64,000 bases of DNA from an uncultured Clostridium sp. (lineage in GTDB: Bacteria > Bacillota > Clostridia > TANB77 > CAG-508). How positions within the stretch are numbered: position 1 is the first letter of the stretch; every line of letters starts with the position of its first letter. The notes under the pieces are model-generated. The model did no database searches. It was not told the DNA's origin and was given only the letters and a program-made list of their open reading frames with translations. Below, piece after piece: positions 46,970 to 56,295 of the stretch. The translations under genes and the position numbers were made by a program. The stretch lies in NCBI GenBank assembly GCA_902406115.1, contig CABPCL010000002.1:99384-163383 (forward strand). Reading direction: 5' to 3'.

Positions 46970-47959
46970 TTATCCAGTTAATTTTGCGTGTATATCTACA
47001 AATATTTTAGCTAAGAAAAGCAGTTTATAATTTAGTAATTTAATAAAAATAATTTTTGCTTTATTATACCTTTTTAAATATTTATTTTTTAAAAACTGTG
47101 GATATTTTTTCTTAAACTTTTTTATTTCATTAGTAATTTCTATTTTGTCAGCTTCTGATTTAAACATTACTAGCATCTTACTATAAAATAAATGCTCTAT
47201 TGCCCTAAATTCAATTTCTTCTTTATATTTATCGCTATCTATTATTCTACTAAATATTTCAAATGTTTTATCATAACATTCTAAATTTTCTACTTTACTA
47301 TCTCTTGTGTTATTATTTGAAGCCGATGTTTTTCTTTGATAATAATGATAAAGGGTCTCATCTATAGCAACTGGATTTTGTGCTAAATATGCTACCACTG
47401 GTATAACTGTTAGTTCTTCACATCTTTTTATGTTTGTTGGATAATAAATATTATTTTTAATAAATAACTCTTTTTTTACTATTTTAGAGCACGATGTTAG
47501 TGTCATATAACTTATAATTTCTTCTTTTTTTATCTGATCTTTTGAAAAATATTTTGTTGTATTTACTTTTATGCTTTTATTATCATTACTTATAAAATAA
47601 TTTGCTATAACAACATCAGCCTTTCTTTGTTTTACTTCTTTCATAAATATAGATATTGAATTTTTCTCATAATAATCATCAGCATCACAAAATACAATAT
47701 ATTCTCCCTTACATTCTCTAATTCCTATATTTCGTGCATTGGATACACCTCTATTTTCTTCCAGATATTTAGCTGTTATAAAAGAGTAAATTTTTTCATA
47801 TTTTTTTACAATATCAACTGATCGATCTGTTGAACCATCATCTATAACAAATATCTCCATTTTTTTCTTATCATAGTCTTGTTCTATTAATGAGTCTAAG
47901 CACCTCTCTAAATATTGTTCAACATTATGAACTGGAATAATTACTGTTACATCAACCAT
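46970..47959 (-). CDS. Glycosyltransferase family 2
   Basis: VTVIIPVHNVEQYL...FVIDDGSTD...GVSNARN...FCDADD. Confidence 0.85.
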   Translation of the reverse strand: MVDVTVIIPVHNVEQYLERCLDSLIEQDYDKKKMEIFVIDDGSTDRSVDIVKKYEKIYSFITAKYLEENRGVSNARNIGIRECKGEYIVFCDADDYYEKNSISIFMKEVKQRKADVVIANYFISNDNKSIKVNTTKYFSKDQIKKEEIISYMTLTSCSKIVKKELFIKNNIYYPTNIKRCEELTVIPVVAYLAQNPVAIDETLYHYYQRKTSASNNNTRDSKVENLECYDKTFEIFSRIIDSDKYKEEIEFRAIEHLFYSKMLVMFKSEADKIEITNEIKKFKKKYPQFLKNKYLKRYNKAKIIFIKLLNYKLLFLAKIFVDIHAKLTG

Positions 47960-47962
47960 ATT

Positions 47963-48958
47963 TTAACTCCTTTTAGTTATAAATAACGCTTTTACAAATC
48001 CAATCATTGTCCCTATCCCATAGCTTATATGTAATATAAGAAAAATAAATGGTAATATTAAATATTGTATATTAAATCCGTTATTAATTATAATAATAGC
48101 TAAATTAATTATATTAAATACTAAATATACACTTGCTAGAAGTATTAGAAACAAATTATTACCTAATAATGCAATAATTAAACAAATCATTATAGCCAAG
48201 ACAAATACTAGAGGTACAAAATGATATATTGAAAAACATTTAGGACAATATTTCATAGTTATTCCTATCCATTTTCCATTACTATATTTTTGCTTTATCA
48301 TACCTTTAAGAGTATTTCTAGCATGATGGTATGAGACAATATTAGGTGATAGCAAAAACTTATATCCAGCTTTTCTCATCCTATAATGCATTTCATTGTC
48401 CTCAGTTCTCGCTAAATTCTCATTATATAATCCTACTTCATCAAAAACTTTTTTTCTATACATTGCATGTGCTAGAGTATTTACATATTTTCTTTCATTT
48501 GTTCTTCTATACCTAGCAATTCCACTTCCAAATAAAGACTGTTCTGCAATTAATAATGTCTTCTGCCATTGTGTATCGTCAGATGTAACACTAATTCTAT
48601 GTCCTCCTACGATATTTTCACCTTTTTCTATTTCTTTTACATTTTCTTCTATAAAATTATTTGGAAAAGTTGAATGTGCATCAACTCTGAGTATTACTTC
48701 TCCTTTTGATTCCTTCAATGCTACATTCCATCCACATGGTAATGTTTTCTTTGGATTGTCCAGTACAATAATTCTTTTAAAATCATGCACCGTATTTTTG
48801 TATTCTTCCATTATACTTTTTGTTTTATCGTTTGAATTACTATCTACTAAAATTATCTCTATTTCATCATGCGGATATGTCTGTTTTTTTAGACATTTAA
48901 GAGAAGATTTAATTACCTTTTCTGCATTATATGCTACTATTATAAAACTAACCAACAT
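47963..48958 (-). CDS. Glycosyltransferase family 2 with C-terminal TM segments
   Basis: VSFIIVAYNAEKVI...ILVDSNSNDKT..., LRVDAHS and EDNEMHYR motifs. The C-terminal region of about 90 aa is hydrophobic. Confidence 0.8.
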   Translation of the reverse strand: MLVSFIIVAYNAEKVIKSSLKCLKKQTYPHDEIEIILVDSNSNDKTKSIMEEYKNTVHDFKRIIVLDNPKKTLPCGWNVALKESKGEVILRVDAHSTFPNNFIEENVKEIEKGENIVGGHRISVTSDDTQWQKTLLIAEQSLFGSGIARYRRTNERKYVNTLAHAMYRKKVFDEVGLYNENLARTEDNEMHYRMRKAGYKFLLSPNIVSYHHARNTLKGMIKQKYSNGKWIGITMKYCPKCFSIYHFVPLVFVLAIMICLIIALLGNNLFLILLASVYLVFNIINLAIIIINNGFNIQYLILPFIFLILHISYGIGTMIGFVKALFITKRS

Positions 48959-48976
48959 AACTTTTCCTCATTTTTC

Positions 48977-49663
48977 TTATATTATTGTTTTCATGCATAT
49001 CTTTATATCTTCTATAATATTGAATTTCTTTATGTACTCTAAATTCCATTTCATCTTTTCAGGTAATATTCTTTGTACATAAATATCGTCAACTTTTTCG
49101 CCTTTATTTAAATATTGGCTTATCATTTCATCTTCATCTTTGTACTCAATACTTGCTCTTGATGAAATTCCTGCTGGCATAAGCAAAGTTGCTTTCATTT
49201 CGTCTGTGTATTTGTTTACGTACTTTTCTACTTCTGGTCTTGTTCCTACAAATGACATCTCACCTTTTAGAACATTTATAAGTTGTGGGAATTCATCTAA
49301 TCTGCATTTACGTATTTTACTTCCAACTCTTGTTATTCTTGGATCTTCGCCAATAGTAACTAAAGCTCCATTTTTATCCGCATCCTGTACCATTGTTCTA
49401 AATTTAAATATTCTAAATTTTTTACCATATTTAGTTATTCTCTCTTGCCTATAAAATACCGGACCTTTTGAATCAATTTTTATTGCTATTGCTAAAATAA
49501 GCATAATAGGAGATAAGATAATTAATAAAATTAATGATACTATAATATCAAATAACCTCTTTACTATAAGGCTTATTTTTTTATGTGAAAGAATACTACA
49601 ATATTCTTTCACTTTTTCATTTTTCATATTTTCTGGCAAGTTTTCATATTTTTTTAATATCAT
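48977..49663 (-). CDS. Small monotopic phosphoglycosyl transferase (bacterial sugar transferase, PglC/WcfS-like initiating enzyme)
   Basis: KRLFDIIVSLILLIILSPIMLILAIAIKIDSKGPVFYRQERITKYGKKFRIFKFRTM...DEFPQLINVLKGEMSFVGTRPE is the canonical Bac_transf domain. Confidence 0.88.
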   Translation of the reverse strand: MILKKYENLPENMKNEKVKEYCSILSHKKISLIVKRLFDIIVSLILLIILSPIMLILAIAIKIDSKGPVFYRQERITKYGKKFRIFKFRTMVQDADKNGALVTIGEDPRITRVGSKIRKCRLDEFPQLINVLKGEMSFVGTRPEVEKYVNKYTDEMKATLLMPAGISSRASIEYKDEDEMISQYLNKGEKVDDIYVQRILPEKMKWNLEYIKKFNIIEDIKICMKTII

Positions 49664-50871
49664 TTTGTATATTCTCCAACAATCTCTTTAAAGTTTTCTA
49701 TAATATATTCAACTTGTTCATCAGTTAATTTACTATATAGTGGTAAAGTAATTTCATTTTTATAGAAATCGTATGCATTAGGATAATTTGCAATGTCAAA
49801 CCCTAGCTTTTTATAAGCTGTTAGCATTGGTAATGGCTTATAATGTACATTACATGCTATTCCTCTTTCTGCCATTTTTATAATAATTTCATTTCTTTGT
49901 TTTTCATCAATACCTTTTATTTTTGTAAAATATAAATGTCCTGATGATCTATGATTTTCATCTTTATGGTTTAATATCATAATTGGTAAATCTTTAAAAG
50001 CCTCATTATATTTTGATATAATTTGATGTCTTCTTTCTACTAGTTTTGGATATCTTGCAATTTGTGCAAGTCCTATCCCTGCCATTATATCAGTCATATT
50101 ACATTTATAATATGTATCTACAATATCATATTCCCATGCACCTAATGTATTTTTATGCAGTGCATCCTTTGTTTGTCCATGTAAAGATAATAATTGATAT
50201 TGTTTGTAGATTGCCTCATTGTCTAATCCCTCTTTGCTTTTCCAAACTGCAGCGCCACCTTCTCCTGTTGTTAGATTTTTAACTGCATGAAATGAAAATG
50301 TTGTAAAATCCGCAAATTCTCCTGACATCTTTCCATCTTTTTTAGCACCAAATCCATGTGCACTATCTGCAACTACAATTATTCTGTTATATATTTTTTG
50401 TATATCATTATTTGCCTTAAATAACTTTTTCTTTTCCTCTACAATTTTAAATATTTTGTCATAATCACACAAAATTCCAGCCACATCTACAGGTATAATT
50501 ACTTTTGTTTTTTCTGTAATTGCACTTGCTAATTTTTCATAATCCATTTCAAAAGAATCTTTTTGTGTATCTACTAATACAATTTTTGCTCCTACATGAG
50601 CTATAGGACTTGCTGAAGCTGTATATGTATAACTTGATGTTATTACTTCATCTTCCTCACCTATTCCTAATATTCTTAATGTTAATTCTAAAGAAGCTGT
50701 TGCAGAATTTAAACATACAGCCTTTTCTGTATTACATAATTGTGCTATTTCTCTTTCAAATTGTTTTGTCTTTGGGCCTGTTGTAATCCATCCTGATTTT
50801 AAAGCATCTATAACACTTTGTATTTCATCTTCACCTATATCTGGTGGAGAAAATGGTATGTTCATTTTCAT
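49660..50871 (-). CDS. DegT/DnrJ/EryC1/StrS-family aminotransferase (PglE/WcfR-like sugar 4-aminotransferase)
   Basis: IPFSPPDIGEDEI..V.DALKSGWITTGPK and FSFHAVKNLTTGEGG (PLP lysine). Confidence 0.88.
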   Translation of the reverse strand: MKMNIPFSPPDIGEDEIQSVIDALKSGWITTGPKTKQFEREIAQLCNTEKAVCLNSATASLELTLRILGIGEEDEVITSSYTYTASASPIAHVGAKIVLVDTQKDSFEMDYEKLASAITEKTKVIIPVDVAGILCDYDKIFKIVEEKKKLFKANNDIQKIYNRIIVVADSAHGFGAKKDGKMSGEFADFTTFSFHAVKNLTTGEGGAAVWKSKEGLDNEAIYKQYQLLSLHGQTKDALHKNTLGAWEYDIVDTYYKCNMTDIMAGIGLAQIARYPKLVERRHQIISKYNEAFKDLPIMILNHKDENHRSSGHLYFTKIKGIDEKQRNEIIIKMAERGIACNVHYKPLPMLTAYKKLGFDIANYPNAYDFYKNEITLPLYSKLTDEQVEYIIENFKEIVGEYTK

Positions 50872-52764
50872 CTATTTTCCCTCTTTCTTATCTTTTACAG
50901 ACTTCTCTTGTTTTTCTTCCTTATATGTTGGCACAATTTTCTTTATATTATGCTTTATTTCTTTAATAGAAATATCTTCATTTTCTATTGTTTCCTTGCA
51001 TATTTCTAACTTATTTTCTATGTCCTTCATAGTTATTTTAGATGGTTTTGCAATAAAAATCTTGTTGTGTTTTGTGCTTTGTAATCCTTCCTCTGCCATT
51101 AATATTTCTTCATATAGTTTTTCTCCAGGTCTAAGTCCAGTAATTTCTATTGGTATATCAACATTAGGTTCTAGTCCTGATAATTTTATAAGACTTACTG
51201 CTAAATCATATATTTTTACAGGTTCTCCCATATCTAAAACAAAGATTTCTCCACCTTCTGCATATGTAATAGCCTGTAGTACAAGTTGTACTGCTTCTGG
51301 TATTGTCATAAAAAATCTAGTAATTTCTTTATGAGTTACAGTAACAGGTCCTCCTTTAGCTATTTGTTTTTTAAATAATGGAACAACAGATCCATTACTT
51401 CCTAAAACATTTCCAAATCTAACTGCTACATATTCTGTTTTACTAACTTTATTTTTTGCTTGTATAATCATTTCACATAGTCTTTTGGTTGCACCCATTA
51501 CATTTGTTGGATTAACCGCTTTATCCGTAGATATTAAAACAAATCTTTTAACATTGTACTTATCACAACAATTTACAACATTGTATGTTCCAAATACATT
51601 GTTTTTTATTGCTTCTAATGGGCTAAATTCCATTAAAGGTACATGTTTATGAGCTGCTGCATGAAATACTAAGTATGGACGATGTTTTTCAAATACACTT
51701 TCCATTCTATTTTTATCTCTAACACTCGCAATAATTGCATCTATTTTTATATTTTTATAATTAGCTTTTAATTCAAGTTCAATATCATACAAACTATTTT
51801 CATAAATATCTATTAGTATCATTTCTTTTGGTTCAAATTTTGCAATCTGTCTGCATAACTCAGATCCTATCGATCCTCCGGCACCTGTTATCATAATAAC
51901 ATTATTTTTAATTAAACCCTCAATATTGCTATTATCTAGCACAATAGGTTCTCTACCTAATACGTCTTCTATTTCAACATCTCTTAGGCTCTGCATAATA
52001 TTTTTTTCATTAATAAGATCTTGTATTCCCGGTAATATTCTTAATTTAACACCTGTTTCTTGACATATAGCTAAAATTTCTTTTCTATCTTTTGCAGAAA
52101 TATTTGAAATTGCAAAGAATATAATATCTATTTTTCTCTCTTTGCATATTTTAATAATTTCATCTCTTCCACCTAAGATTTTAACACCGCTGATCTTCAA
52201 ATCTTTCTTTTGTTGATTATCATCTATTATTCCAACAAGATTATATTTGCTCATTAGATTTGCTTTTATATTCTTTATTACGTCTGTTCCTGCATCGCCA
52301 GCTCCGATTATAAGTAATCTTTTTCTTTCTTCTTCAGGCTTTATTGTAATTTTATTTGTCATAATGAATCTTATTATAACTCTATATGACACCAAAATTA
52401 TTGAAGTAAAAATACCAGCTAGTAAGTTTTCATTAGCTGACAAAATGTCTAAATTAAAAATAATTCCTATAATTGAAACAACATTACTAGATACCATACA
52501 AGCTAACGCATAACTAAAATATTCTTTTGCACCTTCATACATTGTGATGTTTTTATACACTTCAAATAAATTTAAAAATATTTGATATACTATTATGGAT
52601 ATTAAAATTGAATTAATTAATTGTTTCTTTGTAAATTCATTAATAATCTCATAGGACTCGTTTAAAAATATTTGAGTCAAGAAATATGAAATTGCAATAG
52701 ATATAACATCTATTAAAAGTAAAATTAACTTTGTATATTTTTCCAATGACTTTAATGTTTTCAT
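50872..52764 (-). CDS. Membrane-associated UDP-N-acetylglucosamine 4,6-dehydratase (CapD/PglF/WbpM family)
   Basis: Four N-terminal TM segments. There are two Rossmann motifs (LLIIGAGDAG and VIMITGAGGSIGSEL), and the SDR catalytic region is typical of CapD/PglF. Confidence 0.85.
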   Translation of the reverse strand: MKTLKSLEKYTKLILLLIDVISIAISYFLTQIFLNESYEIINEFTKKQLINSILISIIVYQIFLNLFEVYKNITMYEGAKEYFSYALACMVSSNVVSIIGIIFNLDILSANENLLAGIFTSIILVSYRVIIRFIMTNKITIKPEEERKRLLIIGAGDAGTDVIKNIKANLMSKYNLVGIIDDNQQKKDLKISGVKILGGRDEIIKICKERKIDIIFFAISNISAKDRKEILAICQETGVKLRILPGIQDLINEKNIMQSLRDVEIEDVLGREPIVLDNSNIEGLIKNNVIMITGAGGSIGSELCRQIAKFEPKEMILIDIYENSLYDIELELKANYKNIKIDAIIASVRDKNRMESVFEKHRPYLVFHAAAHKHVPLMEFSPLEAIKNNVFGTYNVVNCCDKYNVKRFVLISTDKAVNPTNVMGATKRLCEMIIQAKNKVSKTEYVAVRFGNVLGSNGSVVPLFKKQIAKGGPVTVTHKEITRFFMTIPEAVQLVLQAITYAEGGEIFVLDMGEPVKIYDLAVSLIKLSGLEPNVDIPIEITGLRPGEKLYEEILMAEEGLQSTKHNKIFIAKPSKITMKDIENKLEICKETIENEDISIKEIKHNIKKIVPTYKEEKQEKSVKDKKEGK

Positions 52765-52822
52765 TTTTTCCCCATTCTATTTTTTTACATTATATATTTA
52801 ATTTTAATTTTTTTCAACATTA

Positions 52823-53827
52823 CTATTTTGTTTTCTCTATATAATTCCAAGAATCTCTGCACATATCTTCTAATGTTTTATTAGCTTCCCATCCTAATTC
52901 TTCTTTTGCTTTTTGAGGATCAGCATAACATGTTGCAATATCCCCTGCTCTTCTTGGAGCTATCTTATATTGAACCTTTTTTCCTGTTGTCTTCTCAAAT
53001 GCTTTAACCATGTCTAATACGCTATATCCTGTACCCGTTCCTAAGTTGTATATATATAATCCTTTTCCTTCTTTATTCAACTTTTCAAGAGCATTTACAT
53101 GACCTTTTGCCAAGTCTACAACATGAATATAATCCCTTACTCCTGTTCCATCTGGTGTATCATAATCATTACCAAACACTGATAATTCTTTTAATTGTCC
53201 ATTTGCTACTCTTACTATATATGGCATTAAATTATTTGGTATCCCTTTTGGTTCTTCTCCTATTAAACCACTTTCATGAGATCCTACTGGATTAAAATAT
53301 CTTAGTATACATATATCCCAAGTATTATCTGATGTATATATATCTTTTAATATTTGCTCTATAAATAATTTAGTAGTTCCATAAGGATTTGTTGTTCCCC
53401 CAACTTTGCAATCCTCTGTTAGAGGTATTTTTTCAGGATTACCATATACTGTTGCCGATGAACTAAATATGAACTTCTTACAATTATATTTTCTCATTGT
53501 ATCTAACAATACAAGTGCTCCTGATATATTGTTTGTATAATACTCTATCGGTTTTTGAACAGACTCACCTACTGCTTTATACCCTGCAAAATTTAATACA
53601 GCTTCTATTTCATTTTCTTCAAATACCTTTTCTAGCTTTTTTCTATCTAGATAATCCATTTCATAAAATTTGAAACTTTTTCCTGTAATTTGTTTTATTT
53701 TATCTAGTACCTCTGGTTTACTATTTGAAAAATTATCTATAATAATAATTTCTTTTCCTTTATTCAATAATTCAACTGCAGTATGACTTCCTATATATCC
53801 TGCACCACCTGGTAATAAAACTGCCAT
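52823..53827 (-). CDS. galE: UDP-glucose 4-epimerase
   Basis: GGAGYIGSH, SSSATVYG and YGTTK (catalytic YxxxK), at the typical GalE length. GGAGG SD is present. Confidence 0.9.
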   Translation of the reverse strand: MAVLLPGGAGYIGSHTAVELLNKGKEIIIIDNFSNSKPEVLDKIKQITGKSFKFYEMDYLDRKKLEKVFEENEIEAVLNFAGYKAVGESVQKPIEYYTNNISGALVLLDTMRKYNCKKFIFSSSATVYGNPEKIPLTEDCKVGGTTNPYGTTKLFIEQILKDIYTSDNTWDICILRYFNPVGSHESGLIGEEPKGIPNNLMPYIVRVANGQLKELSVFGNDYDTPDGTGVRDYIHVVDLAKGHVNALEKLNKEGKGLYIYNLGTGTGYSVLDMVKAFEKTTGKKVQYKIAPRRAGDIATCYADPQKAKEELGWEANKTLEDMCRDSWNYIEKTK

Positions 53828-53889
53828 TTTGCTTTTCCTCCATTCATTTCAAACATTGTCTTCCGTAAATATTTTTCCATTTATTTGAT

Positions 53890-53918
53890 ATTCTAACACA
53901 AATATCTGCAGCGTTCAA
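53890..53918 (-). promoter_or_regulatory. SigA-type promoter (extended -10) upstream of galE, candidate promoter of the polysaccharide operon
   Basis: Minus strand reads TTGAAC-17 nt-TAGAAT, with TGT directly upstream of the -10. Confidence 0.6.
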
Positions 53919-54046
53919 TAAAAATGATAATATTATTACAATATTATTTATTTTTATCCTATTTTCTTATTAATTAAGTTTATTATATCTTAGTATTCTA
54001 ACATTTTCGACATTATCTCAAATTTTCCCTCTTTTATAAAAAAATA

Positions 54047-54075
54047 TTGACAATTATTATTTTTTAGATTATATT
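54047..54075 (+). promoter_or_regulatory. SigA-type promoter upstream of the LytTR regulator/kinase operon
   Basis: TTGACA-17 nt-TATATT. Confidence 0.55.
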
Positions 54076-54175
54076 ATAATCGTAATTGGAAATTTTAGGT
54101 AATTAATTCGTAATTTGTCGAATTACATTTCATTAAAAAGAGTTTTATTTCACTGTTTTATGTGGGGGAAAATAT

Positions 54176-54937
54176 ATGTTAAATTTTGGTTTATGTGATG
54201 ACAGTCAGTCTGCCATTACAAGGTTGTCAAGAATGCTAGATTCTATTATCATGCAAAACAACCTGGATGGTCAGATTGTTTTTTCGGCACAAAATCCTAC
54301 AGATTTATTAAAATATATAAAAGAAAATTCTGTTCACGTGGTTATTTTAGATATAGACCTAAACAACGAAATGTCTGGATTAAAACTTGCAGAAGCAATA
54401 CGCAAGTACAATAAAAGTATATATATAATTTTTATTACTGGACATCTTGAATTTGGGTTAGTAGCTTATAAATATAAAACATTTGACTATATTGCAAAAC
54501 CTCTCACTCTTGAAAGATTGCAAGAAACAATACTAAGATTATTTGATGATGTTTCTAACAACAACCCTAAATATATAAGGCTTAATCATAATAAAACAAT
54601 TATCCCTGAAAATTCCGTTAACTTTATTCAAAAAGACGGTATGAGATTGGTCTTTACTACGGATACACGAAAATATGAAGTATATAACTCTTTCAATAAG
54701 ATAGAAGCAATATTGCCTAAGCAATTTGTTAGATGCCACAAATCTTACATCGTAAACTTAGACAAGATAGATAATATTAATATTTCTACCAATACAATTT
54801 CTTTTGATAATAATGAGAAATGCTATATTGGTCCAAAATACAAAAATAATTTTATGGAGGTTTTTAACAATGGAAATTTTACAAACAATCTGGACAGCAT
54901 TAACAACGCCAAAGGAAGGATTAATAAATATAATTAG
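54176..54937 (+). CDS. LytTR-family response regulator (AgrA-like)
   Basis: Receiver domain (LCDDSQ..., VVILDIDL phospho-acceptor region, IIFITGH) plus a C-terminal LytTR domain (FVRCHKSYIVNLDKI). Confidence 0.85.
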   Translation: MLNFGLCDDSQSAITRLSRMLDSIIMQNNLDGQIVFSAQNPTDLLKYIKENSVHVVILDIDLNNEMSGLKLAEAIRKYNKSIYIIFITGHLEFGLVAYKYKTFDYIAKPLTLERLQETILRLFDDVSNNNPKYIRLNHNKTIIPENSVNFIQKDGMRLVFTTDTRKYEVYNSFNKIEAILPKQFVRCHKSYIVNLDKIDNINISTNTISFDNNEKCYIGPKYKNNFMEVFNNGNFTNNLDSINNAKGRINKYN

Positions 54938-56221
54938 TATACCTTTAGCCTTTCTAGATGCTTACATAGGAATGATATTCTTTTCTGCATGTTTAAATAT
55001 AAAATCTAGTCGTAAACAAAAATAATATACGTATGTACATTTTCTGTATTAGCTTTAATTATTAATATGGTTCTACCTAATTTATATTCAACTTTTGTAC
55101 GTATGATTTTATGGCCAATTTTAGTAATACTTATACTAAAGACATCTGTTTTAAAAGGTATATTATCAGAAGTTGTTGTTCTTGCAATAACTTCATGTTT
55201 AGAATTTATTTCTACTAGAGTAGTGTTTGGAATATTCCATGTAACTACAAATGAAATAATGTTAATTCCTATTTATAGATTTTCTATCATATTGAGTATA
55301 TATTTAGTTATATGGCTTTTAGCAATTGCTATTAAATATTTTAAGATAAATATAAAAATATTTGATGAAATGCCAACTAAAACAAAACTATTATTACTAG
55401 CAAATATCTTGTTAATGGCAGTAGTAATTGCAATGCAATTTTATTTAATTTATTTCTATATTGACATTATGCCAGCATTTATTACTTTTATCAGTATATT
55501 AGGTTTACTAGCATATTTCTCAATTAGTATCTACAGTATTATTAATTCATCTAAACTCGAAATTACAGCAAGAGATCTAGAAGGTGCGAACTTAACAATT
55601 CACTCTTTACGTGTTTTACACGATACAGTTAGAACTTTCAAACATGATTTTGATAATATAGTAAACGGTATTGGTGGATATGTTAGAAATAATGATATGG
55701 AAGGCTTAACAAAATATTATGATCAATTATTACAAGATTGCAATAAAACAAATAACCTTTATTCACTAAACCCAGATGTTATCAATCATCCTGCTATTTA
55801 TAATATTTTAGCAACAAAATACTATGTTGCAGATGAATTAAATGTTCAAATTAATTTAGATATTTTCTTAGATCTAAAAGAAATTGAAAAGTATATGAAA
55901 ATTTATGAATTCACTAGAATTCTTGGTATACTATTAGATAATGCAATTGAAGCTGCAAAAGAATGTGATGAAAAAATAATTAATGTTACATTTAGAAAAG
56001 AAGAAAGTAGGCATAGAATACTTGTTATTATTGAAAACACATATGTAAATAAAGATGTTAATATAGATCAAATATTTGAGAAAGGTATTTCAAGTAAACA
56101 AGGTAACTCAGGTTTAGGCTTATGGAAAATTAGACAAATTTTAAAGAAAAATAATAATTTAAATTTATTTACTACTAAAAACAATGAATTCTTTAAACAA
56201 CAATTTGAAATTTATTATTAA
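54870..56221 (+). pseudogene. AgrC-like GHKL sensor histidine kinase, split by a 1-nt frameshift in an A5 run
   Basis: ORF 55067..56221 carries the H-box FKHDFDN, the N-box LLDNAIEA and GLGLWKI. Its frame stays open upstream to 55016. A 51-codon TM-containing ORF (ATG 54870, GGAGG 9 nt upstream) ends at TAA 55023. Adding one A to the run at 55018..55022 joins them as ...SSRKQKIIYVCTFSVLALIINMVLP..., giving about 452 aa. Confidence 0.65.
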
Positions 56222-56224
56222 TAT

Positions 56225-56259
56225 AAATAAACGGTTTCTAAAAAGAAACCGTTTATTTT
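56225..56259. terminator. Bidirectional terminator between the convergent kinase gene and agrD
   Basis: AAATAAACGGTTTC-taaaaa-GAAACCGTTTATTT. Confidence 0.85.
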
Positions 56260-56295
56260 CTATGCAAAGAATAATGTTTTATCCGAACTTTAATT

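Noticed and set aside
54804-55025. The 73-aa ORF overlapping the end of the response-regulator gene, considered as an independent small protein.
   Set aside because: Its credible start is the internal ATG at 54870, which has a GGAGG SD. Its sequence continues seamlessly into the kinase frame after a 1-nt correction. It is better explained as the N-terminal fragment of the AgrC-like kinase.
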